A stretch of 23,798 nucleotides of DNA, taken from positions 64,001 to 87,798 of IMG/VR virus record IMGVR_UViG_3300036945_000242; one strand, given 5' to 3'. Below the pieces are notes generated by a model that searched no databases, had not been told where the DNA came from, and saw only the letters and a program-made list of their open reading frames with translations. The translations under genes and the position numbers were made by a program. Positions 8,278 through 16,754 of this stretch are shown piece after piece; within the stretch, counting starts at the first letter, position 1; each line of letters starts with the position of its first letter. The DNA is from a virus (lineage: Duplodnaviria > Heunggongvirae > Uroviricota > Caudoviricetes).

Positions 8278-11217
8278 TTAAAACCGAATAACAGTTCTCA
8301 TCGTAACAGCTTGGTCTTGTGTAGGCGTAAACGCTTGTCTGTTGTCGATATAAAGTAAATCTCCAGAATATTTATCTACGGACGGTGGAGTTACAGAAGT
8401 CGCCGTAAAGGAATAAGGAATTGTAGAATTAGCTTTAGCAAATTCGCTATTTGCGGTAGGAACCGCATTATCCAAAGATTGTAAAAGAATTGCTGTTCCT
8501 GTGTTAGCTACAATTCTAAATCTAGGAGAGTTATCCCCTACCATATTTAGTAAAGTATCCGCAGGGAATATTCCAACATCAGTTGTAGAACTAATTACCC
8601 AACACGCTGACGCTAAGGTATCCACTAAAGAAGAAGCTTCGCCGTATTTTCTAGGATTCTTAATAACACCAATTTGACGGTAGTCGTTATTGATATTGAA
8701 GCCTTGGTTTTTATCGTTAGAAATATTAGTATAAAACATTAACGTTCTAGCGTATAGGTTGTTGATAGCTTCTTTACCCATACCGCCATAAGGAGATATA
8801 ACCACACGAGCCGAAGCCCCATAAGCATCTATATTTCCTACGATAGTAGCATAAGCCCAACGATACCCGCTACCCGCATTAGTAACGTTAATTTTAGTAA
8901 CACGACCCGTTTCCGGATCTATAACGACTTGCCCCGTAGCACCGCTACCGTCCCCAACAATAGTAACCGTAGCATTAGTGTAACCGTATCCGCCAGAAAC
9001 CACAGGAATAGAAGAAATACTTCCGTCAATTGTCAATAATTCGATGTTAGCTTGTTGGGTGTCGATATTACCGATACTTAAATCAATAGAAACGGAAGCT
9101 TCTTCTCCGTCGCCGTTTAAGCTGACGTTAGCGTAAGAATACCCGACGCCACCGTCCAAAATACGAGCACCAACAATAGAACCGAAGGTCGAGGAGTATT
9201 TAAGTACCGTAGAACCCGAAGTAACCATTCCCGCAGAGTGTATTGGGGCTGTGGAACCCGTTGTACCGCCTACAATTACTTGATATAAGTTAGTACCATA
9301 CCAAACGTATTGACCCTTTACATAAGAAGTCGTCGGAGTCCACAAAGACCCCATAGTGCTATTAGATATAATAGGAATAATACGAGCTTCAGACTTAACT
9401 GTAGAAACTGAAGCGGTAGCTAAAGTACCATCACCCGTTATAGTTATACTTGGCGTCTTGGAGTATCCCGCACCATACTTAATTAAACAAACCGCAGTGG
9501 CTGCTTCTCCAGCGTAAGCTAAAGTTGCTGTTCCGTTGGTGGCTGAACCGCTAGTATGAGTAGGGGCGGTGGAACCCGTTGTACCCGCTATTGTTACGGT
9601 ATATAACCTATTGCTAGCGAATATTTGGTCGTTAGCGTTCAAAGCGGTAGAAGCCGTCCAGCTAGTGCCTATCGTAATATCGGGGGCTTCCGTATAGTCT
9701 ACGCCTGGATCTAGGATTTCTGCGGATATGACTGAACCGTTCTGTAATATGGCTACCGCTGAAGCTCCGCTCCCATCACCACTAAAACTTATTGTCGGAG
9801 CGGTAAGGTATCCAGAACCAAAAGAAACTAAATCTATTCTTCGTAAAGAGCCATACAATGTAATATCGGTTACTTTACCCGCTGAAACGGTAGCGGTAGC
9901 GGTGGCAGTAGAACCAACGAACTTTAAAGCACTCGTCCCATTACTAGCTATTTCATATCTATGTGTAGGAGCGGTAACACCCGTAACGCCCGATATTTCT
10001 ACTCGGTAAATGTTATTATTATAAGATAGGTATTGGCCTGATATGACTGAAGTTTCTGCGTTCCAAACTGAAGCCCCAGAAATAGGCGGTTCAAAAGCGA
10101 CTGAAGCTGAAGTGTATCCGCTACCTTGGGTATCTATTTGAACGTCTGTAATGAATAGCGGGTTAGCCTCTTGATAGCCGTCACCCTGTACCGATATAGT
10201 AGCACCAGTGTATCCAGTACCGCCATTATCAATACGAACAGCTTGTATAGTACCGCCAGAATAGAATTGATTCTTGAGGGCGGTAGTAACAGGAATATAA
10301 GATTCGGTTAAGAATTTATTTCTTAAAGAAATAGGAATCGTAAATAAGAATTTCCAAACGTATCCGTCTGAGTATGTATTAGCTGAGCTAGAAGTACCAA
10401 TAGGAGCAACCGTAGACGGTGCACCTCCATTATTGTTTAGACAGACGTATATATTGTTATCTTCCGTAATAACGTAAAATAAACAATCTTCCATCTTAAG
10501 CTTACCAGTAGCCGATATACCGATAACGGAATCCGCATGAGCCGATTCGCCGTTATTATCCGCTATGGTTACCGTAGGCTTATTCGTATAGCCTGTACCT
10601 CGATTAGTTACATTAACCTCTACAACAGCACCCGCATAAAGCGAGCAAGTAGCCGTAGCACCCGTTCCGCCTCCGTTATCTACTACAACGTATTTTAAAG
10701 AACAAGTACCATTAGTAGCATTACCGCTAGTATGGGTAGGGGCGGAAGTTCCAGAAGTACCTTCCCCATTTACCATATAATATCTACCGCCTACCGATAA
10801 CATATCACCAATAGCGTAGGCGGTAGAAGCAGCCCAAGTAACAGAACCCGTGCTACCGATATAGACTTTAGGGGTAGCGATATAATTCGCTCCTCCACTG
10901 ATTAAGTCTATACCAATAACTTCTGAGCAATAATCGTCATCATACGAATCGTAAACGTTACCCGAAACCCAATCAATTCTAGGTATAACAAACGAAACAT
11001 CTGTAGGTTTAATCTGTTTCATAGTGATAATATCGCTACGAGTATCTATTTCGTATTTGAAGGAATCGGTAGGAAATGGTGGTAACGCATCGTTATCCCA
11101 AGTCAAAGTCTTACCTAAAAAATAGTAATACCGAGATTGTTGTTGGGAAATCTCGTTATACAATCCTTCTGCGATTGTATTGTGTAGAGTTGATTTTAAT
11201 AAGGAAGAATTTGACAT
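8278..11217 (-). CDS. gp8: Baseplate wedge protein gp8-like, expanded (979 aa)
   Basis: gp8-type motifs YYFLGK..W...P.P.DS, IPRIDW.SG.VYD.YDD, FYVIT....YVCL.N, DGY.WKFL.TI...KFLT..YIPV, and C-terminal ND.RQIG.IKNP...YSGDLLYIDNR. The centre has about ten GxGY beta-repeats and four CBM-like inserts. Confidence 0.85.
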   Translation of the reverse strand: MSNSSLLKSTLHNTIAEGLYNEISQQQSRYYYFLGKTLTWDNDALPPFPTDSFKYEIDTRSDIITMKQIKPTDVSFVIPRIDWVSGNVYDSYDDDYCSEVIGIDLISGGANYIATPKVYIGSTGSVTWAASTAYAIGDMLSVGGRYYMVNGEGTSGTSAPTHTSGNATNGTCSLKYVVVDNGGGTGATATCSLYAGAVVEVNVTNRGTGYTNKPTVTIADNNGESAHADSVIGISATGKLKMEDCLFYVITEDNNIYVCLNNNGGAPSTVAPIGTSSSANTYSDGYVWKFLFTIPISLRNKFLTESYIPVTTALKNQFYSGGTIQAVRIDNGGTGYTGATISVQGDGYQEANPLFITDVQIDTQGSGYTSASVAFEPPISGASVWNAETSVISGQYLSYNNNIYRVEISGVTGVTAPTHRYEIASNGTSALKFVGSTATATATVSAGKVTDITLYGSLRRIDLVSFGSGYLTAPTISFSGDGSGASAVAILQNGSVISAEILDPGVDYTEAPDITIGTSWTASTALNANDQIFASNRLYTVTIAGTTGSTAPTHTSGSATNGTATLAYAGEAATAVCLIKYGAGYSKTPSITITGDGTLATASVSTVKSEARIIPIISNSTMGSLWTPTTSYVKGQYVWYGTNLYQVIVGGTTGSTAPIHSAGMVTSGSTVLKYSSTFGSIVGARILDGGVGYSYANVSLNGDGEEASVSIDLSIGNIDTQQANIELLTIDGSISSIPVVSGGYGYTNATVTIVGDGSGATGQVVIDPETGRVTKINVTNAGSGYRWAYATIVGNIDAYGASARVVISPYGGMGKEAINNLYARTLMFYTNISNDKNQGFNINNDYRQIGVIKNPRKYGEASSLVDTLASACWVISSTTDVGIFPADTLLNMVGDNSPRFRIVANTGTAILLQSLDNAVPTANSEFAKANSTIPYSFTATSVTPPSVDKYSGDLLYIDNRQAFTPTQDQAVTMRTVIRF

Positions 11218-11238
11218 GTGTATAACTTCTATTTACGA

Positions 11239-11682
11239 TTAGCTTACAGTGATAACCCAGCTGATAGAAATAGAATCGCCAGCAGCTTTATTTACAACAG
11301 GGAAGGTTGTGCGACATAACATAGTACCACCAGAAGAGGCATTAAAAATACCCGCTTCAGTGATAGCACCAGTACCCGTACCCGCAGGGAAAGTAGCAGT
11401 AGCGGTAATAGCGTTGGCGGCTGCGGTGAAAGCGGATAAGGAAACACGTCCAGCTTGGGTGCCGAGGGCGGTATCGCCAACGACTGGGGAAGCAGTTCCA
11501 GTACCGATTGCCATATGACTCATGACGGTAGAAGAAGTACCGACCATACGACTAGCTGCGTAAGATTTACCTGTTGTGACTACTAAGTTAGGGACTACGA
11601 TAGTCTCTTTTAGTTTACCTTCTTGATTTCGAACGGTGATAGATAATTCACCTTTCATTTTTAAGTCTTCGTTAATGTTCAT
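11239..11682 (-). CDS. Small virion protein (147 aa from the likely start), similar to tail-collar/fibre-anchor (DUF3751-like) domains
   Basis: Motifs NLVVTTG..Y.ASR, SHMAIGTG, GDTAL, EAGIFNA, RTTFPVVNK. Start reassigned from 11715 to ATG 11682, which has an AGGA RBS and avoids overlap with gp7. The family assignment is by motif memory only. Confidence 0.6.
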   Translation of the reverse strand: MNINEDLKMKGELSITVRNQEGKLKETIVVPNLVVTTGKSYAASRMVGTSSTVMSHMAIGTGTASPVVGDTALGTQAGRVSLSAFTAAANAITATATFPAGTGTGAITEAGIFNASSGGTMLCRTTFPVVNKAAGDSISISWVITVS

Positions 11683-11689
11683 AGTTTTC

Positions 11690-14600
11690 CTAGTTAAAGA
11701 GGGGATATCTAACATTAGAATATACCTCGGAGTCCCAATCGTCAGACTGAGCGTAAGCGTTTATTCTAATCGAACCGCTTTCTGTTCCCAAATAAGCGGT
11801 ATCTTCAATATATTTAGTTGTTTGTATAATAGGTGAGTCAGTAATAGTTGCGGTAGAATTTTCTAAAGTTACTTCATCGTTCAATATAGAATTTTCATCT
11901 ATTACTTTATCTATCGTATTTCTAATATATTCTGTTGTATATATGTTATTATCATCACTACCACTTATATTTAATGGGATAATTGGTTGAATTTTTATCT
12001 TAGCTATGTCATTCGCTATATCGCCTATTGCGCTAACTACAGCAATATTAGGTGCTAATAGTGATTCATCGTTAGTTTTAACGACAGAAGAAATTGTTCC
12101 CTTACTTCTGAACCCATAATAATCAGTAGAACTCCAAGAAGCCCCTAACATAAATGTTCCATCGTTAATATCAGATTGTTCACTCAACTCTAATAAAATA
12201 CCCGATGCGCTATCGGTAAGTTTATTTACTCCAGCCGTTATAGTAATTTTATCGGTTCCAGTAAAATCTACTGAGCTAGTAGTTCTAAATACGCTGGCGG
12301 TACTATATCTAACAATTATATAAACAGGAAACCCAACAGTATCATAAGTTACCCCAGAAGATGCGACGGATTGATATTCGGGTATATTTGAATTGGAAAA
12401 TACTTTTTCCCTTAAATCAGCATTTAATACTGACCCAACAACATTTACCGTCAAATTACCTGCAATACAAGTTATAATATAAGTTCCTGCGGTATAAAAT
12501 CCAGAATTTGCTCCAGTCATAGATATACTACCAGAACCGCTAAACGATAAAACGTATAACGTAGATTTAACCGAAATAGATTGCGAAGGTAAAGTATTTG
12601 TGGAATTTAACGTATTTACTCTACAACTAATTCCAGGAAATAAGCTAGTGTTGGTACTATCAATTATCATGTGATTACCCCTACCGCTTTTATCATTTAT
12701 TCTAGCTACCCTAGAGTTACTAGATATAGAAGTTATCGGTATTTCTCCAGCTTTATCGGCAAATATGGTCGATAAATCAGAAGGGTCGTACCATGCGCCT
12801 TGTTCGCCAGAAGCGAATAGATATGATGGATCGAACGCAGAAGTTTCTTTAGTTATTTTACTTTTAATATAGTTTTCGGTAAAAAATATTTCCGATTCGC
12901 TAGAGGCGGCACCTCTAACAATCATACCAAAAAGTCTATTATCGACAAAAGAAGATGTATAACTTCTACCAAACAATTTCATAACGTAATTACCGTACGT
13001 TCCGCTACCTTGGTCGGTATTAGAGGTAAATTCGGGAGCATTTAAGTTTAGTTCTGTATCGTTTACATATTTTTCAACATCCGTACTGTTTATGGTATCG
13101 GATAAGAAAGTATTATTATCGTCGACGGTAACGCCATCGTTTAAAAATGTAGAATTATCTACCGCTTTATTAACATAAATGCTATTGCTATCGGAAACCG
13201 ATTGAGTATCTTCTAATGCTTTATTAACATAAATGCTATTGCTATCGGAAACCGATTGAGTATCTTCTAATGCTTTATTAACAATATACGTCGTAGAATC
13301 GGTTGTTGGTATCGAGTCTTCTAATGCTTTATCTATTGAAAATAGTAAGTCTTCATCTTGAGTAATGGTATCTTCTAAAGCTTTATTAAAAGATATAATG
13401 CTAGAGTCAGAAAAATAATCTAAAGCATCTACCAAAATTTTATTAAACCCTACCTGCGTATAGTCAGTAGCGTATATAAAATCGGGTTCTATTGATTTAC
13501 TAAAAGTAATACTACTGATACTATCCGATATAATATACTCATCTCTAAGCGTTAAAGCCAACACCTTAATCATAGATTCTAGGGTAACGCTAATATCAAA
13601 ATTGTTTACAATACCATACTCGGCAAACATTGCCATACCGCTCGGGTGAAGTAGGGTTTTAACGGCTGATTTAAAGTCTTCAATACGCTCATCAATTTTA
13701 ATAACATAAGAAAAAGCTTGATAATACTTGCTGTCTTGAATGTAGATATCGTCGTCTAAGAAGCCGTCGTTATTTTTGTAGAATCCAGGATACTTAGCCA
13801 CGCCACCTAAAGTAATTTTTATAATAGCAGCGTCTTCAGGATTTTCTAGAACCCCTGAGTTAGAAGAAGAAAATTGAGCTAAAACTTCTCCCGCATAAGA
13901 ACCATCCCAAGCACTTACTGCGTAGTTATTTCTATTTACAAATCCTCGTTCGGTAAATCCGTTAAGGTTGTCGTTAAAAGTTATTTGACTTCCACTAACC
14001 TCGTATGGCGGTAATGTAGATTCCTCCTTAGAATCGGCTACAATTGTTTGTATGATATCCGTATCATACCCAATACCATATTTAATAAATTGTATAGTTT
14101 TAATACCGCCGACTGAATCTACGCTGGAAATTTTAACTACAGAACCATACCCATTCTCAGTTTGTATCGGTATCAATTGTCCTACTTTAAATCCAATACC
14201 TTTTTGTTGAACTTTAACGGTAGAAGTGGTTGGAACGATTTTGCCGATAAACGTATCACCTAAACTGATAGTATCGCCTACGGAAAGAGAACCGAAATAC
14301 TTTCGATTTATTAAGATTTCGTAAGTATTTTCTGAATACGTTTCTACTCCATCCACTAAAATAGTTACTGGCGTTATACGCTCAACTAAAATTTTAATCG
14401 TCTTAGAGGTAGTTATAACGTCTACTGATTGCTCTAATAGTTGTTGAATGTCCCCGTACTCAACTCTACAAAATATAGAAGTTTCCTGTTCCCACTTACC
14501 GTCTGAAGCCCTAAGCATTTGACGTCCAGGATAACTCATTTCAATATCTTTATTGAAGAGTAACCTAAACAATAACTTATAAGAAGCCTCAGACCCCTTA

Positions 14601-14869
14601 GCCAAGTATAAGTCCTTAATGTGTTGCATTAAGAACCGCTCGTTTACTACGGTGTAAGGTAGGTTGAAGCCTATTTCGTTTTTAAAGTATTTTATAAACG
14701 AGTCTAAAGTGGTGTCTAAGTCTCTAACTGACTTTAAATCTAAGCGAGTTTGCGTTTCTAGAAAATCGTAATACGCCTCTAAAAACGCTATGAATGTAGG
14801 GTAATCTTCCCTGACAAAATCAGGGACTTGACTAGCCACAATAGAAGATATATTCGGTCTAGTTATCAT
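11690..14869 (-). CDS. gp7: Baseplate wedge initiator gp7-like with C-terminal repeat array and inserted lectin-like domain (1059 aa)
   Basis: QVPDFVREDYPTFIAFLEAYY, IKDLYLAKGSE.SYKLLFRLLF, ASDGKW and YYQAFSYVIK....FK..VK.LLHPSG motifs; position between gp6 and gp8. Confidence 0.8.
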   Translation of the reverse strand: MITRPNISSIVASQVPDFVREDYPTFIAFLEAYYDFLETQTRLDLKSVRDLDTTLDSFIKYFKNEIGFNLPYTVVNERFLMQHIKDLYLAKGSEASYKLLFRLLFNKDIEMSYPGRQMLRASDGKWEQETSIFCRVEYGDIQQLLEQSVDVITTSKTIKILVERITPVTILVDGVETYSENTYEILINRKYFGSLSVGDTISLGDTFIGKIVPTTSTVKVQQKGIGFKVGQLIPIQTENGYGSVVKISSVDSVGGIKTIQFIKYGIGYDTDIIQTIVADSKEESTLPPYEVSGSQITFNDNLNGFTERGFVNRNNYAVSAWDGSYAGEVLAQFSSSNSGVLENPEDAAIIKITLGGVAKYPGFYKNNDGFLDDDIYIQDSKYYQAFSYVIKIDERIEDFKSAVKTLLHPSGMAMFAEYGIVNNFDISVTLESMIKVLALTLRDEYIISDSISSITFSKSIEPDFIYATDYTQVGFNKILVDALDYFSDSSIISFNKALEDTITQDEDLLFSIDKALEDSIPTTDSTTYIVNKALEDTQSVSDSNSIYVNKALEDTQSVSDSNSIYVNKAVDNSTFLNDGVTVDDNNTFLSDTINSTDVEKYVNDTELNLNAPEFTSNTDQGSGTYGNYVMKLFGRSYTSSFVDNRLFGMIVRGAASSESEIFFTENYIKSKITKETSAFDPSYLFASGEQGAWYDPSDLSTIFADKAGEIPITSISSNSRVARINDKSGRGNHMIIDSTNTSLFPGISCRVNTLNSTNTLPSQSISVKSTLYVLSFSGSGSISMTGANSGFYTAGTYIITCIAGNLTVNVVGSVLNADLREKVFSNSNIPEYQSVASSGVTYDTVGFPVYIIVRYSTASVFRTTSSVDFTGTDKITITAGVNKLTDSASGILLELSEQSDINDGTFMLGASWSSTDYYGFRSKGTISSVVKTNDESLLAPNIAVVSAIGDIANDIAKIKIQPIIPLNISGSDDNNIYTTEYIRNTIDKVIDENSILNDEVTLENSTATITDSPIIQTTKYIEDTAYLGTESGSIRINAYAQSDDWDSEVYSNVRYPLFN
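13164..13283. repeat. Perfect 54-bp tandem duplication (2 copies plus a 12-bp partial) within gp7
   Basis: 13164-13217 is identical to 13218-13271 (gctttattaacataaatgctattgctatcggaaaccgattgagtatcttctaat). It encodes VNKALEDTQSVSDSNSIY twice and sits within about 7 degenerate 18-aa repeats. Confidence 0.97.
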
Positions 14870-14877
14870 ATTATACC

Positions 14878-16752
14878 TTACCCTCTACTTGAGGTAAACA
14901 CGAAATTAGTTCCAGCACGATTATCACCATTAGAAGTCTTATCCGCAATGGAGTTTACCGTAATATAATTCTCATCTATTTGGGCGATTTGCGTATAAGC
15001 CGAAATTACATCGTTAGATTGAGGTTTAATTAAAAGTTCAAATTCAGTACCCGATACTAAAGCCGATATATTTAAATTGCTAATAGTTATTTTACCACTA
15101 GCGTAGTCAACAGTTCCGATTTTAGGGTTTACTACAATGTGATTTACGTATGAACCGCTAGTAGCGGAGGTTTCTGAGCTTCCGTGGTAGAATAAAACTA
15201 AATTACCCACCCCATCATCCTCTAGGTAGTGTATTCTAGAATCGCCAGTAATATAGAACCCAGTAGAAGATATTGCTTCCTCGGGTACGCCTTCAGAATA
15301 AATTGGGTTAATCAAGTTAATTTTATACTCAGCAGAAATACCGTATTTTGGTACAATAGTTCTACGTAAGTATATTGTAGTTATATTGCTAACGATGGCG
15401 GGGTCACACATATCAATCAATCTACTGAGCTTCGAGAATCTCATCATACCGTCAAACCTCTGAAGCTCATCCGTATTATACTTCTTGATAGTGTTAAGAA
15501 CTTCGGTCTGTAATTCACGGCTAGTTTTAGTGGTTTCTCTAGCGTTATAGTATATGGTAGTGTTTACTGCTATGTTGATAAACTCGGGGTCTAACAACTC
15601 AGGCGTTATAGAAACTACGCTACGAGTTTTGAGTACTGTGTTGATAATCTCGGTTTTCTGTGAAGATGTTAGGGCTAGAGCATTAGAAGGTTTAACGCAA
15701 ATAAACGTTTTACCGTAAATAGGCGGGTCATTATCCTCACCACCCCAAACCGCCACAGAAGCTATATTAGGATACTTAGAGTAAATCAAAGATTTAAAAT
15801 CATCAGGCGTTACCGCTCTATTTTGAGCCGCATATAACCTAGGAGCATTGTATTTAATACTATCCAACGTTTCAGGAGCCTCACCACCCGCTGCAGGAGA
15901 TATTAAAGTAATATTAGGGCGACTAGAAGGTAGCGTAGTAGAACCGTTAAAGGTAAAAGTTCTACAACCATTAGCTGAACCCATACGACTTACAAAATAG
16001 TCTATATGTACTACATTACCAAGCTCGACTCCAGAGGAAACTATACCATCGCCAAAATATACCTCATACAACCCATTATCAATTTCCTTAACGTAATATA
16101 CGTTGCTAGTAGATTCTAATTCTACAATAGAACTAGCGGGGTAAAACGTAGTAAATTTATCTGAGCTAGAAGCTTCTTGAACTTGTACTTTTAGCGTAGA
16201 TATATCGGCGTATTGGTTAGGGATAATAATCTTTTGACCATACGCTACCTCGTAACGGTAAGACAAAGGAGAACCTTCAACTAACTCTAAATTATTAAAT
16301 TCGTATCGAGTACCTGTGTAATTAGCGGTAACTTCTTCTAGGTTATAGAACGTATAAGTCACCCCATCAATAGTAGAAGAAAAGGGTTGTAATTTAGGTA
16401 AAGTTACGTTAGTGGGTAAGGTAGCGGTAGGGCTAATAGGAGCTATGTATAGGTTTAAATACGCTCTAGCTGACTTAGCTGAACGTGGGGAATAACCTAA
16501 CATTTTAGACAACGAAACTACGCTTTCACGCTTACTAGCTGAATCGAGAAACATCTCATTCAAAGCAAAGTTAGTGTAAAGAGCGTTATAATGGGTATTA
16601 TAGGCTAGTACGTCTATCAAAACCGATAAACCCGCACCATCAAAGTCGTAGTCAGAAAACTTACTCTGACCTCGCATATAGTCTTTAATATTGGTTTTTA
16701 TCTGGTCAAAATCCAGCTCGCTATAATTTATTCTTTTTGTGTTGCTTGCCAT
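14878..16752 (-). CDS. gp6: Baseplate wedge subunit gp6
   Basis: ELDFDQIK..IK.Y....KFSDYDFDG.GLSVLIDVLAYNTHYNA...N...NEMFLDSA, LGYSPRS, GG...E.LDSIKYNAP..YAAQNRAVT..DF and WGGEDN.PP.YG motifs. Confidence 0.96.
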   Translation of the reverse strand: MASNTKRINYSELDFDQIKTNIKDYMRGQSKFSDYDFDGAGLSVLIDVLAYNTHYNALYTNFALNEMFLDSASKRESVVSLSKMLGYSPRSAKSARAYLNLYIAPISPTATLPTNVTLPKLQPFSSTIDGVTYTFYNLEEVTANYTGTRYEFNNLELVEGSPLSYRYEVAYGQKIIIPNQYADISTLKVQVQEASSSDKFTTFYPASSIVELESTSNVYYVKEIDNGLYEVYFGDGIVSSGVELGNVVHIDYFVSRMGSANGCRTFTFNGSTTLPSSRPNITLISPAAGGEAPETLDSIKYNAPRLYAAQNRAVTPDDFKSLIYSKYPNIASVAVWGGEDNDPPIYGKTFICVKPSNALALTSSQKTEIINTVLKTRSVVSITPELLDPEFINIAVNTTIYYNARETTKTSRELQTEVLNTIKKYNTDELQRFDGMMRFSKLSRLIDMCDPAIVSNITTIYLRRTIVPKYGISAEYKINLINPIYSEGVPEEAISSTGFYITGDSRIHYLEDDGVGNLVLFYHGSSETSATSGSYVNHIVVNPKIGTVDYASGKITISNLNISALVSGTEFELLIKPQSNDVISAYTQIAQIDENYITVNSIADKTSNGDNRAGTNFVFTSSRG

Positions 16753-16754
16753 TA

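Noticed and set aside
2910-11480. Same-strand alternative-frame ORFs 2910-3092 and 11292-11480
   Set aside because: They are short, nested out of frame inside real genes, and have no start context.
11690-11692. TAG stop of gp7 as a sign of stop-codon reassignment or read-through fusion
   Set aside because: All genes are full length under the standard code. Read-through would add only a few codons before a TAA in a different frame from the next gene.
11683-11715. 11-aa N-terminal extension of the 158-aa ORF
   Set aside because: It overlaps the gp7 3' end; ATG 11682 has an AGGA RBS at normal spacing.
58-11836. Plus-strand ORFs such as 58-327, 608-1264, 2345-2533, 4100-4510, 4637-4906, 4928-5134, 5396-5632, 9728-10009, 11249-11518 and 11636-11836
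   Set aside because: They lie antisense to well-supported structural genes, have no recognisable motifs, and are the expected shadow frames of Ser/Thr/Gly/Ala/Val-rich coding sequence.
13164-13283. 54-bp repeats as a CRISPR array or DGR template/variable repeat
   Set aside because: There are no spacers, the copies are in-frame and identical with no adenine-specific mismatches, and no cas or reverse transcriptase gene is in the window.
14870-14880. TATAAT just upstream of the gp7 ATG as a sigma70 promoter
   Set aside because: No recognisable -35 box, and the site doubles as the RBS spacer (AAGGT-ATAAT-ATG) in a translationally coupled operon.
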